Source: a virus (lineage: Duplodnaviria > Caudoviricetes). From it: a stretch of 52,334 nucleotides of DNA. Numbering within the stretch: the stretch's first letter is position 1; every line of letters begins with the position of its first letter. This document shows, piece after piece, positions 19,634 through 28,541 of this stretch. Both the position numbers and the translations under genes were made by a program. Below the pieces are notes generated by a model. The model saw nothing but the letters and a program-made list of their open reading frames with translations. It was not told where the DNA came from and did not search any database. The DNA is taken from positions 1 to 52,334 of the IMG/VR virus record IMGVR_UViG_3300049491_000673. The stretch is one strand, 5' to 3'.

Positions 19634-21804
19634 GTTAGTACCCTTGCTTCCTTCTCTGCTTTGATTCTCTTGTATTCTGAATCAAACAGAGTCAGTGCCC
19701 TGCGTGGTAGCTTGTCCAAGAACGTCTGGCAGTCATCGGAGTTGAACACACGAGTCGACTCTTTCCCTGCCCAACGATAGCTGATCTCGGCTTCTGTGCC
19801 GACTCTGAATTCCTCACCTTTGCAGATGATCGGTCGAGTCATGACAGCAAAAATTCTACTAACACCTTCACGCCAGTTAGGGTTAGTATGACGGACGTTA
19901 AAGGTAAATGAGTCGTGCGTCTGTAGGCGCAGACTGACACCGTGATCACGCTCATTAACAACAAGAGTACGACTAGCTGAGTCACTAGCGTCGCCATCAC
20001 GGAACCTAGTCAATCGGATTCCAAATTGGAGTTCATCCATTGCCATATTAATTCGCCCTGCGGTGTTGGCTTGTCCAGAAGTCGCAGCCGCAGCACGGAG
20101 AGTTGAGTCTTCATGAGGATCAGAGAGGAATCGCTGGTAGTAACCAAAGATTGTAGATATGCCTCCAGTCCTAACGAGTTCTTCTGTGAGTTCATTGTAC
20201 CAACTATTGACTCCAGTTCTCTTAAATCGTGGGTAATGCGTTCTGAATTTCGTTTCAAGAGCCGCACAGAACTTAACAAGTCTGTCCTGATTCCAGATCC
20301 CAGCGTCCGCATTTCCAAGTTCCTTTGCAGCTGCGACGATTGCTTCCCGGCCGGCGGTCATGAGCAGAGTCAAACCTGCCATTAGATAGTGATTTCCATG
20401 CACTAGTTTTTTAGTGATCTGCCGTATCCCCGTGATTGGGTGGACAACACGTGGGTCAGAGTCTTTCTTACCTTGGACAAGGGAATCGTAGGTCCAGTTC
20501 GGAAAGAAAATAAGTGCGTTAGTGCAGTGAATATCACGGCCACTTCGAACGAGCTCAATTTTCTTAGGCTCTCCTGATTCGAATGCAATAAATACGTCAT
20601 CTGCCCCTGAGTAGTCAATGTCGAGGAGGAATGAATCCTCATCAGCTTCCATAAACTTTCGATAATCTTTTCGAATGTTTTGCGCGTTTCCTCCATGTCC
20701 GAGTGCTGACTTTCGACTCGATAATCGTGTAGTTGTTGTTCCAGTTCCATCGTAAGCCGTAAGAAAACGTCCGTCGAGAAATTGAATCCCCACGACATTC
20801 GATAATTGCTTAGCAGGTTCAATAGACTCGAGTATACCATTGGCGATTCGCCGGAAGATAGGATGGTCTGTACGCATAGCTCGGAGAGGAACAGCTCCAG
20901 TAGAGGCGTCTGCGATTTTGCTAACGTATTTTCCTTTGGCATTTCGCATCCTGACTCCGAGTAGTCCATAGATTAACTCCGATTTTTGAGGGGCCGATTG
21001 TGGATTGAATTCGGAATCAGCTACGAGGTATTGGCAGCGAGTCAAAGCAGCTTCTGCGGTCGCGCTCAGTTCCACGTCGAGTTCATCTATGGTGTCAAGG
21101 TTCGCCTTCATTCCTTTGGCTGACATGGCGAGTCCAGCTACACTTCGTGTATGCGCTCTGAACCAGTTCTGCCGCATCCTCTGATCGACCATCATCATGT
21201 CGATTAGAATCAGTACATTGCGAAGCGTGTATTCACAGTCGCTTAACGCATAGTCACAGTACTCAAGGAAATCATCGGACTTGCGACCGGCCTTCCAGAA
21301 TTGATAGTCATCGAGCAGAATTGAGGATATAAATCCGAGTCGTTTAGGTAGCTCTGGCCACTTTGCCCAGAACATCATCATGGAATCGTATGCAAAATTA
21401 GCCACAGGCAGAAGATAACGGAGATGCCACATAAGATCATATACATAGTTTTGGCCACAGAATGGAATCCCGCTTGCGTTGATCCTACGACATGCTTTGT
21501 AAATAGCATCAGAGTGAGATGGAGCTCCTGACTCAGCTGCCTTTCCCGTCTGAAATGGGAAGAGAAAAGATTCCATATAACCGTTCGGCATTAGCCCGGT
21601 GTAACCGTTGACAGTCATCACGAACGGATATGGAATCCTTTTTCTATTCTGTATTGGTGGTTTCTTGTACGGAATTGTCTCGATATCATTCGATATAAGC
21701 ACGGCTTGCATCAGCCGTTTCTCGGCTTTGATTGCATCGGAGTCAGTCCAAACGATAGTCCGCTTGGCCTTCGTGCTTTTCAACATGCTAGAAAGTGATT
21801 GCAT
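19630..21804 (-). CDS. polA: Family A DNA polymerase with 3'-5' exonuclease domain
   Basis: Exo motifs DIET, QNYVYD, YALSD; TTTTRLSS, NAQNI; motif A DYSGAD, motif B RQITKKLVHGNHY, motif C QTHDS. Confidence 0.92.
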   Translation of the reverse strand: MQSLSSMLKSTKAKRTIVWTDSDAIKAEKRLMQAVLISNDIETIPYKKPPIQNRKRIPYPFVMTVNGYTGLMPNGYMESFLFPFQTGKAAESGAPSHSDAIYKACRRINASGIPFCGQNYVYDLMWHLRYLLPVANFAYDSMMMFWAKWPELPKRLGFISSILLDDYQFWKAGRKSDDFLEYCDYALSDCEYTLRNVLILIDMMMVDQRMRQNWFRAHTRSVAGLAMSAKGMKANLDTIDELDVELSATAEAALTRCQYLVADSEFNPQSAPQKSELIYGLLGVRMRNAKGKYVSKIADASTGAVPLRAMRTDHPIFRRIANGILESIEPAKQLSNVVGIQFLDGRFLTAYDGTGTTTTRLSSRKSALGHGGNAQNIRKDYRKFMEADEDSFLLDIDYSGADDVFIAFESGEPKKIELVRSGRDIHCTNALIFFPNWTYDSLVQGKKDSDPRVVHPITGIRQITKKLVHGNHYLMAGLTLLMTAGREAIVAAAKELGNADAGIWNQDRLVKFCAALETKFRTHYPRFKRTGVNSWYNELTEELVRTGGISTIFGYYQRFLSDPHEDSTLRAAAATSGQANTAGRINMAMDELQFGIRLTRFRDGDASDSASRTLVVNERDHGVSLRLQTHDSFTFNVRHTNPNWREGVSRIFAVMTRPIICKGEEFRVGTEAEISYRWAGKESTRVFNSDDCQTFLDKLPRRALTLFDSEYKRIKAEKEARVLT

Positions 21805-21828
21805 TCTGCTACCGCATTTCGAATCTAA

Positions 21829-21928
21829 CTGGGGGAGGGGTTCAGGCCCTTCATCGGGGGTAGGGACGCTTGACCCGAATCCTCCCCCAGCCTAAGCTGG
21901 AGTCTGCCTCCTAGGTTCTACTCCAGCT
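21829..21928 (-). promoter_or_regulatory. Two tandem stem-loops in the polA leader
   Basis: CTGGGGGAGG (21829-38) pairs with CCTCCCCCAG (21881-90); AGCTGGAGT (21895-903) pairs with ACTCCAGCT (21920-28). Confidence 0.5.
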
Positions 21929-22173
21929 TATTTCTCCGAATCCTCGATGTGCCGGCGGGCGAGTCGTGCAGCGTTCAGCTGGGTAAGCAAACGTGCGTGC
22001 TCTTGGTCGGCCTTCATCTTAGCTTCGGCGAGTTGAGTCGCTTGACGCCGTAGATCATCGATGTTGCGATCGACTTCGTCAATCTTGGCTTTGATCTCCG
22101 CTTCGGTCGTCAGGTACAGCCGGATTCCTGTGTTAGTGCGTACAGGCAAATGAGTCACCTCGTTGGTCGTCAT
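21928..22173 (-). CDS. Hypothetical coiled-coil protein
   Basis: 81 aa with a heptad pattern; GAGGT RBS. Confidence 0.7.
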   Translation of the reverse strand: MTTNEVTHLPVRTNTGIRLYLTTEAEIKAKIDEVDRNIDDLRRQATQLAEAKMKADQEHARLLTQLNAARLARRHIEDSEK

Positions 22174-22808
22174 AGTACTACCTCATGGTTCGCTGTTATC
22201 TCCAGGAGTTTCCGCTTCTGGATGATTCGATGAGCCTTGTTTAAGTCCGCTTGCAACACGAACTTCCCATACGGAATCGTCATAGGCTCTAGCCACATTC
22301 CGTTGAGTTCTTCGGAGTCCGTTTGATCCCCTCCGTGATCAATCTCCCACTTCTCTTTATCTGTGTAGCCTTCGTTGAGTCGAGCAAGATCCTTCTCGTT
22401 TTTCTTTTGATGCCACACTGTGATAGGTAGAGTGATAAGAAAGGGCACTCCGTGAATCTCATATGCACCACCTCGTAAGTTGTCCAGGGTTGATTGATTC
22501 CACTCTGGATTTACAAGGAACGTCAGCGCGGCATCACAGCACAGGACGATGTCCGGCTTGATGGTAGTGATCTGACTCTCGACCCACGTGGCCAGCATCC
22601 TCTGTGCATCTGGGTCCGGGTTGAACCCTGGAGCCACGCGGTTTCCATTTCGGAACAGAAGTTGGATTCGATTGCCAAATGCCGTGAAGGTTTTTCTGTG
22701 TGCCACGGATGCTCCGCCCATTCCGGCGCGCAAGAGCAATAGCTGCCAGATCGACTGATAGGCTTGAGTCACCCCAAGCTTGTCCTCGAACAGCAGGATT
22801 TTAATCAT
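22170..22808 (-). CDS. Uracil-DNA-glycosylase-like fold protein, probably degenerate
   Basis: IKPDIVLCCD.AL...LDNLRG...HGVPFLITLP resembles the UDG-like domain associated with SPO1-type polymerases; no GE(A/G)PG or HP motif. Confidence 0.5.
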   Translation of the reverse strand: MIKILLFEDKLGVTQAYQSIWQLLLLRAGMGGASVAHRKTFTAFGNRIQLLFRNGNRVAPGFNPDPDAQRMLATWVESQITTIKPDIVLCCDAALTFLVNPEWNQSTLDNLRGGAYEIHGVPFLITLPITVWHQKKNEKDLARLNEGYTDKEKWEIDHGGDQTDSEELNGMWLEPMTIPYGKFVLQADLNKAHRIIQKRKLLEITANHEVVL

Positions 22809-23212
22809 GCCATCTCATCCTCGACTTCGACCGGAGCATCTGAACTCCAATCACGATGGACCATGTGAATCAGACTGAGCAAACGACTAAGCACCTCCTG
22901 CTCCGTCGGCCTCGGCTGCTGGTAGTAGTCGAATCCAATCCACCACGGCTCCTCCTCAAGCGGAAACTTCGCGAGGATGACAGCCGGAACATTCAGAATG
23001 TCTGATCCGATTCCTTCATAAGTGATGATGTTCCATGTGCGTGCACGGTCACACACGTTATCCCACAGAGTGCGAGAGAGATTCAAATACCCACACAGAT
23101 GACCACCAATTGGATGCTTGACGATGGCCAAGTAGTGCAATTGATTCCCTTCAATCGCTATGTAGAGTGCACGGTTCCAGGTGTCAGAATAGTGAATCAG
23201 TTTTGGTAACAT
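22805..23212 (-). CDS. Hypothetical phage protein (GHLCGY...ITY...WWIGFD type)
   Basis: GGAG RBS before ATG 23212; motif recurrent in small phage proteins. Confidence 0.6.
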   Translation of the reverse strand: MLPKLIHYSDTWNRALYIAIEGNQLHYLAIVKHPIGGHLCGYLNLSRTLWDNVCDRARTWNIITYEGIGSDILNVPAVILAKFPLEEEPWWIGFDYYQQPRPTEQEVLSRLLSLIHMVHRDWSSDAPVEVEDEMA

Positions 23213-23232
23213 CTTCGACTCCGTTGAAACTC

Positions 23233-23268
23233 GGGCGGTGGAGCAAGTGCCCGCTTTCCCCACCGCCC
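23233..23268 (-). terminator. Stem-loop after the SSB gene
   Basis: GGGCGGTGG pairs with CCACCGCCC; the U-tract is weak. Confidence 0.4.
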
Positions 23269-23290
23269 TTCAAGTCAGCTACTTAACGAA

Positions 23291-23812
23291 TCAAGCAGCT
23301 TCCTTTTCCTCGTCCTCCAGGGGCAGCCAGTCGAAGTACGCCTGGGTCTGTCCATCCTTCCGCTTTCCGTGCCGGACTCGGATTCGGAACTTGTGGCTGA
23401 CCATGTTGTCGAGCCAGCCCGGCTCCTGTCCTTCGACTCCGCCCAGGGCGCCGTCGCGCTCCAGTCCGACGACCTTGTATCGGCCCTTGACGAGTCCGAT
23501 GCAGGCACTGAAGTCGGAAGGCCAAAGCGCGTAGCCCTCGCGGAGGGTCCGCCCGACGTAGGATTCGGGGTCCTTTTTCTTGTCCAGCGGTTCGGCGATG
23601 AGGATGTCAGCGAGGAAGTTGATCCGAAAGAGCGGCGGCTTTTCACCGTCCTCCGATTCCGTCATCGAAACCGTGACTTCTTTGCCGGCGACGGTGAAGA
23701 TACCGGCATCCGGCACGCGACTCATCAGGGTTTCGATTTCGTCCGTGTTGAACGAAGCTAAGTCGGCAAGCGACATATAGCCTGTTTCTGCGTTCATTTG
23801 GTCGAGAGACAT
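23291..23812 (-). CDS. Putative single-stranded DNA-binding protein
   Basis: OB-fold-like beta pattern, acidic C-tail, directly downstream of the Sak4-like ATPase. Confidence 0.55.
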   Translation of the reverse strand: MSLDQMNAETGYMSLADLASFNTDEIETLMSRVPDAGIFTVAGKEVTVSMTESEDGEKPPLFRINFLADILIAEPLDKKKDPESYVGRTLREGYALWPSDFSACIGLVKGRYKVVGLERDGALGGVEGQEPGWLDNMVSHKFRIRVRHGKRKDGQTQAYFDWLPLEDEEKEAA

Positions 23813-23819
23813 AGTTGAC

Positions 23820-24869
23820 TCACTTTGCTGTTTGCTGTTGGTTGCTGTTGGGTGTTGTAGGTTTCTTCAACATTGCAGAGACTGTCTGCTGTGCCGGAGT
23901 CTTGGCGATAGTCCCAACTGCGGTGACTCCTGTAGGCTTAGGCGCAGTTGATTCTTGTCTCGACTTCCATTCGGCGAAGGTCGAGTAACGGATGGCGGCG
24001 GGATCGGGCCAGGGTGAATCACCATAGCTCTCTGGCTTGCCAAACAGCTTAGCGAACTCCATCTCTTTGAGAGCTTCTCGCTTATCCGGCGTACCACCTC
24101 CGAGTCGACCGACCTCTACCTTGAAGTCCAGTTGGCGACGACTCGCAGGATCGAGTTCGATCCATCCGATTTGATTGAAGTACTTGCCCATGCTGTAGCC
24201 ATGGGGCTTGGACGATGACTGTGGAACTTTCACCGTCTCTTTGATTTGCATCTCATTGCGCTTGGACGATTCCTTCACGTTCCCTGGCTTCTTCTCCAAG
24301 CGTTCATACCAGACTCCATGAGCCTGCACGATGACGTGAAACTTCACGTGCTGGAGGATAGCACACAGGAGAGTCAGCTTGCGGCTAGCACCGCCGTAGA
24401 CTCCTTCTGAATTGTACTCGTCCATGTCCTCGATCGTCGTCTTTCGATCGGCGGCAGAGATGCCCATTGCATCGAGAGCGACAGAGGTCCATGAGTCAAT
24501 GTTCAAGATGAAGTTCCGTGGAAACTTCTCCGGCCACATCTCGACGATCTCGTCTGAATCAATGGCTTTAGATGACGTGAACTTTTCATCTTGCGTGATG
24601 TTCCAGCGAAAGATGCTGGACGTCAACATATCCTCGATGAACTTACAAGGATGATTCGTGCGGAAGTACAGCACACGATCCTCGTATTCACGGTTGCCCT
24701 TGAACACATAGCGCATCGCGCTGAGTCCATTGTCTGCATCCACGTAGATCATGCGCCAGCCATCGACGACAGCCTGTGCTCCGTATACGCTCTTGCCCAT
24801 CTTGGAGTCAGCAATGAGCAACAAGTGCACTGGGTCATGTGATGCTGGAATGTCGCCTAGCTTGGTCAT
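23820..24869 (-). CDS. AAA_24 / Sak4-like ATPase (recombination)
   Basis: LLIADSKMGKS Walker A, YVDADNG, LNIDSWT Walker B, VIVQAH. Confidence 0.75.
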   Translation of the reverse strand: MTKLGDIPASHDPVHLLLIADSKMGKSVYGAQAVVDGWRMIYVDADNGLSAMRYVFKGNREYEDRVLYFRTNHPCKFIEDMLTSSIFRWNITQDEKFTSSKAIDSDEIVEMWPEKFPRNFILNIDSWTSVALDAMGISAADRKTTIEDMDEYNSEGVYGGASRKLTLLCAILQHVKFHVIVQAHGVWYERLEKKPGNVKESSKRNEMQIKETVKVPQSSSKPHGYSMGKYFNQIGWIELDPASRRQLDFKVEVGRLGGGTPDKREALKEMEFAKLFGKPESYGDSPWPDPAAIRYSTFAEWKSRQESTAPKPTGVTAVGTIAKTPAQQTVSAMLKKPTTPNSNQQQTAK

Positions 24870-25255
24870 GTATGAGTCACCCCTTTAAGCCACATCATGT
24901 AAAAGTCCTTCACCTCCCGTGCGACCAATTCCGTACTAGACTCAGGAGGATCAGCAGGAAACTCAACAGTACCCGAAGCATGAGTCGCTGATAGCGATTT
25001 GTGTTGTGCTGTGAGAGAGACGACCAGGAGATTCCCGCCATGAATATGAGCATTAAATGTGCAAAAGGATTCGGCCATAGCATGAGGCCAATCAGCGGTC
25101 CGTTCAATGAAGATTCCCCCAGCCCAGAAACTTTCCTCGCGACGAATGTTAATATGGCATGAGTCAATATGTATGTCAAGTGATTTCTTTTGAATCACTT
25201 CGTGACGAATTGCCTTCTTCATGCGCTCAAGTTCCAGATCGAATCGCACGGCCAT
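24866..25255 (-). CDS. Hypothetical protein
   Basis: Translationally coupled on both sides. Confidence 0.6.
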   Translation of the reverse strand: MAVRFDLELERMKKAIRHEVIQKKSLDIHIDSCHINIRREESFWAGGIFIERTADWPHAMAESFCTFNAHIHGGNLLVVSLTAQHKSLSATHASGTVEFPADPPESSTELVAREVKDFYMMWLKGVTHT

Positions 25256-25467
25256 TACTCCACCTTTGGCATAGGGTGAGCAATCATAGCCTCGGTCATG
25301 CTCATGTACTGAGGCACTTCATGAATCGTGCTTCTGATCGGCACTGACTCCTTGCCACTCCCCTCGGAGGACACACGTGGGCTCTCGGTGTAGAACACTG
25401 GCATCCAGCGATTCCCTACTGTCCTTTCCCAACAGAAGTACTTGGGCTTGTCAGATGTTTTGGTCAT
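25255..25467 (-). CDS. Hypothetical protein
   Basis: GAGG RBS; ATGA overlap with the upstream gene. Confidence 0.6.
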   Translation of the reverse strand: MTKTSDKPKYFCWERTVGNRWMPVFYTESPRVSSEGSGKESVPIRSTIHEVPQYMSMTEAMIAHPMPKVE

Positions 25468-25688
25468 GATTTCCTCTCTGTTTTGAATCGAAAGCATTTC
25501 TCTCCGTTATCGTCGTCAAAAATCTCCATCATCATGATGTACTTCCCGGTGGAATCCACGTCTTTGACCTTTAGAGTCACGTAGCCACCAGCTTGCACCA
25601 CCATAGCAAGCATGACCTGCGGTAGCATCTCGGCCAAGCCATCGTCGAGCAGTGGATTCCCGGTAGATTTGAAATAGCCTTTCGGCAT
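25464..25688 (-). CDS. Hypothetical protein
   Basis: GAGGGGG RBS; tiles the operon. Confidence 0.65.
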   Translation of the reverse strand: MPKGYFKSTGNPLLDDGLAEMLPQVMLAMVVQAGGYVTLKVKDVDSTGKYIMMMEIFDDDNGEKCFRFKTERKS

Positions 25689-25702
25689 AGTGGCCCCCTC
25701 GG

Positions 25703-26080
25703 TTATTGTAAGTTTAATGTTTTCTCTTCACGAGTCACCTCGTCGTAGCTCTTTCCTCCGGTAGCCAGCCAAGCATCTATGCGACTAGGCCATGGGAGTC
25801 CACAGCGCCATGCCTCTGCTTTCACGAAGTCCATGAAACTCATCATGGTCTCAATGTCCACGTCGTAGAGCAGGCACACGGAATCAGCGATGTTGCGAAG
25901 TCGAATCGTTTGATCCACATCACCTTCCATCGTAGCCTGTGCCGGCACTTCGGTGAGTGCGATGATGATCAGCTTCGCACAGTGCCATGCAGCACTGGCC
26001 TCATGGAGTCGCTCCGAGGGAAGCAATCCGTTCGGGGACAGATGGTCGATGTAGATGAATGGAGTCAGCCGCATTGGCAT
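25703..26080 (-). CDS. Hypothetical protein
   Basis: Tiles the operon; start uncertain. Confidence 0.55.
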   Translation of the reverse strand: MPMRLTPFIYIDHLSPNGLLPSERLHEASAAWHCAKLIIIALTEVPAQATMEGDVDQTIRLRNIADSVCLLYDVDIETMMSFMDFVKAEAWRCGLPWPSRIDAWLATGGKSYDEVTREEKTLNLQ

Positions 26081-26087
26081 GTTGTTA

Positions 26088-26312
26088 TCAGATTTTGTTC
26101 TCATCTTCAATCCTGTCTATTAGGACGCGACAAGCTTGAATCGTCGGTCCGTTTCCAAAACGTTGGTCCTCGTCGTGCCCAACGTAGTTCATGTGGTAGA
26201 ACTCGAAGGACCAATTGAGTCCATACTCCTCTACCATGTCACCAGCGAAGATGTCGTATCCACGGTAGCGGATTGGATTCGTAGGCCCTGAGCCTGGCAG
26301 CTTGTCACTCAT
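26088..26312 (-). CDS. Hypothetical protein
   Basis: YRGYDI...EFYH pattern seen in small phage proteins; coupled to the upstream gene. Confidence 0.6.
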   Translation of the reverse strand: MSDKLPGSGPTNPIRYRGYDIFAGDMVEEYGLNWSFEFYHMNYVGHDEDQRFGNGPTIQACRVLIDRIEDENKI

Positions 26313-26502
26313 CTTGTGACTTGCTCAAAATTTTGCCACACTCGTCACAGTACGTGTACATGCCGATTCCACCGCCGGCAAGACCGTACTGCATTTTCGG
26401 TTCAAGGTCAGGGTGGTCTGGACATCGAATCGACTGATCCATTTCTGGCACAGTTTGTTCTGCTGAATCAATCAACACCGTAAAAGGTTTTTCGTCCGTC
26501 AT
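26305..26502 (-). CDS. Small Zn-ribbon-like protein
   Basis: CPDH...CDECG; GGAG RBS. Confidence 0.6.
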   Translation of the reverse strand: MTDEKPFTVLIDSAEQTVPEMDQSIRCPDHPDLEPKMQYGLAGGGIGMYTYCDECGKILSKSQDE

Positions 26503-26674
26503 GTTTCTCTCCATGTAGATTCAAGTGCCACTGATCGATAAGTCGTCTAGCCTGCTCGATTGATGTGGCACCTACGATTCCATGTTTGCCGTTAAATGTT
26601 TTAGCTGCGTAAACTACATCGAAAGTGCGAAGATCGATGATGAATCCTTTATATAACTCACCAGTCAGGGTCAT
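26468..26674 (-). CDS. Hypothetical protein
   Basis: Fills the gap between neighbours; YKGFII...IEQARRLID resembles the 26088-26312 protein. Confidence 0.5.
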   Translation of the reverse strand: MTLTGELYKGFIIDLRTFDVVYAAKTFNGKHGIVGATSIEQARRLIDQWHLNLHGEKHDGRKTFYGVD

Positions 26675-26969
26675 CTTCCCAATCTCCCTGTGCTATGGAA
26701 TCACAAATTTGTTCTTCCAAGTACTGTAGATCATATGGATGCATAACATGCATCAGCTCTGGTTCGAATCCAGGAAGCGTCACACTCCAGATGGTGATCT
26801 CCGGCGCTTCACCGGGTTCGTCCCATCCGTTCGACGGGCAGCCACGTGACTCAATGCTGAACTCCACATCGAACACTACACGAGTTTTCGGGTGAGTAAC
26901 GGAGTCACCATGCAGGCCGTATCTCGGTTTCGGATAGCGTTCACGCCGAGTCGGTTGAGGAAAGGTCAT
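26658..26969 (-). CDS. Hypothetical acidic protein
   Basis: Tiles the operon; WDEPGEAPE motif. Confidence 0.6.
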   Translation of the reverse strand: MTFPQPTRRERYPKPRYGLHGDSVTHPKTRVVFDVEFSIESRGCPSNGWDEPGEAPEITIWSVTLPGFEPELMHVMHPYDLQYLEEQICDSIAQGDWEDDPDW

Positions 26970-27126
26970 GACTCTTTATAAACTCCCTAATAGATTCGTT
27001 TAGTGGCTTTGAATTCAACACAATTTCTTCTGGAAATCCTAACTTTCGTCGCCAGAAATACCGTGTGGATTCAAGTCTACTATCAACCAATTGGTTAGCT
27101 TGTATTGCCGCTATTAATGGAATCAT
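26941..27126 (-). CDS. Hypothetical protein
   Basis: ATGA overlap with the upstream gene; 61 aa, AT-rich. Confidence 0.4.
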   Translation of the reverse strand: MIPLIAAIQANQLVDSRLESTRYFWRRKLGFPEEIVLNSKPLNESIREFIKSHDLSSTDSA

Positions 27127-27512
27127 AGCGCGATGACTCTGAGGATCTGCAATATATCCTTCTCTTTCTCATCCTCTGTCATGGGTGTGGCCCTACCTCG
27201 ATCGAATCCAGCTGCCTCTGCTTCATGCAACATTTCGATAAAGGAGTCCAGATCAAACGGAGTTATGCCCTTCGCCTGCTTGGCTACGTTACAGAGCATC
27301 TGCATGGCTGAGTCACGCTCTTTCTGTGCCTGCCGCAGAGCCATCACGAGTCCACGTTCCTGACCTGCTTTGATCAAACAGGCGGGCTTCTCATCGGAGT
27401 CGTAGCCGAAATGATCTCTAGCTTCACCAATTGTTTTGAACGTCTCCGTACAGTGAAAGCACGTCCATCCGTGCACGGGGTTGCCTTCTGAATCCAACCA
27501 ACGAGCAGTCAT
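27123..27512 (-). CDS. Hypothetical protein with Zn-finger-like N-terminus
   Basis: WTCFHCTETF....ARDHFG....PAC. Confidence 0.65.
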   Translation of the reverse strand: MTARWLDSEGNPVHGWTCFHCTETFKTIGEARDHFGYDSDEKPACLIKAGQERGLVMALRQAQKERDSAMQMLCNVAKQAKGITPFDLDSFIEMLHEAEAAGFDRGRATPMTEDEKEKDILQILRVIAL

Positions 27513-28535
27513 CTATGCCTCCAATACCCAAATGGGCTCGTAGATTCTTTTATAATCTCTGAACCTGTCATTCGTTTTCTCGAACTCAAACCACGTTTCG
27601 ACAAACTTCTTGTCCCTCCGTGCGCAGATGTCAAGGAATCCACACGGACGGCCATAGAAGTCACAACCATGGGCACGACGGGGCCAGTATTCTTGCGTAG
27701 CATAATGGTGCATACGCTGGAGTCTTTCCATCTTTACGTGGATAGAATCAGAGACTTCTTCAGGATCGAGATGATAGGACAGAGGATAGACCAGCGGTCC
27801 ATCGTCGGCGAACATGGCAATGAAGTACGTCACATCGAGTCCGTTGTGCTCCCAGTCCAGATTCAGAGCATGATCGAGCACCATGCCATACTGTCCCACT
27901 TGCCCACTGAATCGGAAGCTGGCATCATGAGCCGGCAATTGTTTCATAGTGGTTTTGAGATCCACAGCACGATACCGTTTGGTGACTCGGTGACGGAGAA
28001 TGAAATCAATTTTCCCCTGTGTCGCAAGGTAGCCGACTTTATCATAGGGTCGTTTGACGAGGCCGAGCGAGCGATGAACGATTCGCCAAGGAACTTCAAT
28101 AGCCGCCCCAAATCCTTCGATTGTAACGAGTTCCCATTCTTGCCAGAAATCTGAGTCATAGATCGCCTCCAACAGCAGTAGTGCATTGCCCATAGTCCGG
28201 AGTCCAATGGGTAACTTCATCAGTACCCTTCGGTCCTCTACATCCCATGGCCAGTACTTCAGCAACTGAATCTCACCTAGCACCCTAGCTTGCTTGTCCG
28301 GCACGCCAGCATACAGACTCCGCTGCCACGTCTGTGTGGCTTCGTGCAACGCCGTGCCCACGTCCGCAGCCCAAGCATCGGATTCAAACTCCGGTGCTTT
28401 CAAATACATGTGGAGGAATTCGAATCTCCGAGGGCAGGACTCAAAGGTCCCGTCGATAGAGTGCGAAGTCACAATGAGTCCGATGTCTTGATCGGGTTCA
28501 ATGCTTTGAAATGGAACCATCTCATTCATTGACAA
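27513..28535 (-). CDS. PD-(D/E)XK Cas4-like exonuclease
   Basis: CPRRF, GTALHE, GKIDFI...VDLKT, Q...Y and C-terminal C-x5-C-x5-C (one-plus-three Cys arrangement). Confidence 0.85.
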   Translation of the reverse strand: MSMNEMVPFQSIEPDQDIGLIVTSHSIDGTFESCPRRFEFLHMYLKAPEFESDAWAADVGTALHEATQTWQRSLYAGVPDKQARVLGEIQLLKYWPWDVEDRRVLMKLPIGLRTMGNALLLLEAIYDSDFWQEWELVTIEGFGAAIEVPWRIVHRSLGLVKRPYDKVGYLATQGKIDFILRHRVTKRYRAVDLKTTMKQLPAHDASFRFSGQVGQYGMVLDHALNLDWEHNGLDVTYFIAMFADDGPLVYPLSYHLDPEEVSDSIHVKMERLQRMHHYATQEYWPRRAHGCDFYGRPCGFLDICARRDKKFVETWFEFEKTNDRFRDYKRIYEPIWVLEA

Positions 28536-28541
28536 TGAATC

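Noticed and set aside
27513-28535. Cas4 as part of a CRISPR system
   Set aside because: Stand-alone Cas4-like exonucleases are common in phage recombination modules; no cas1/cas2 or array is present.
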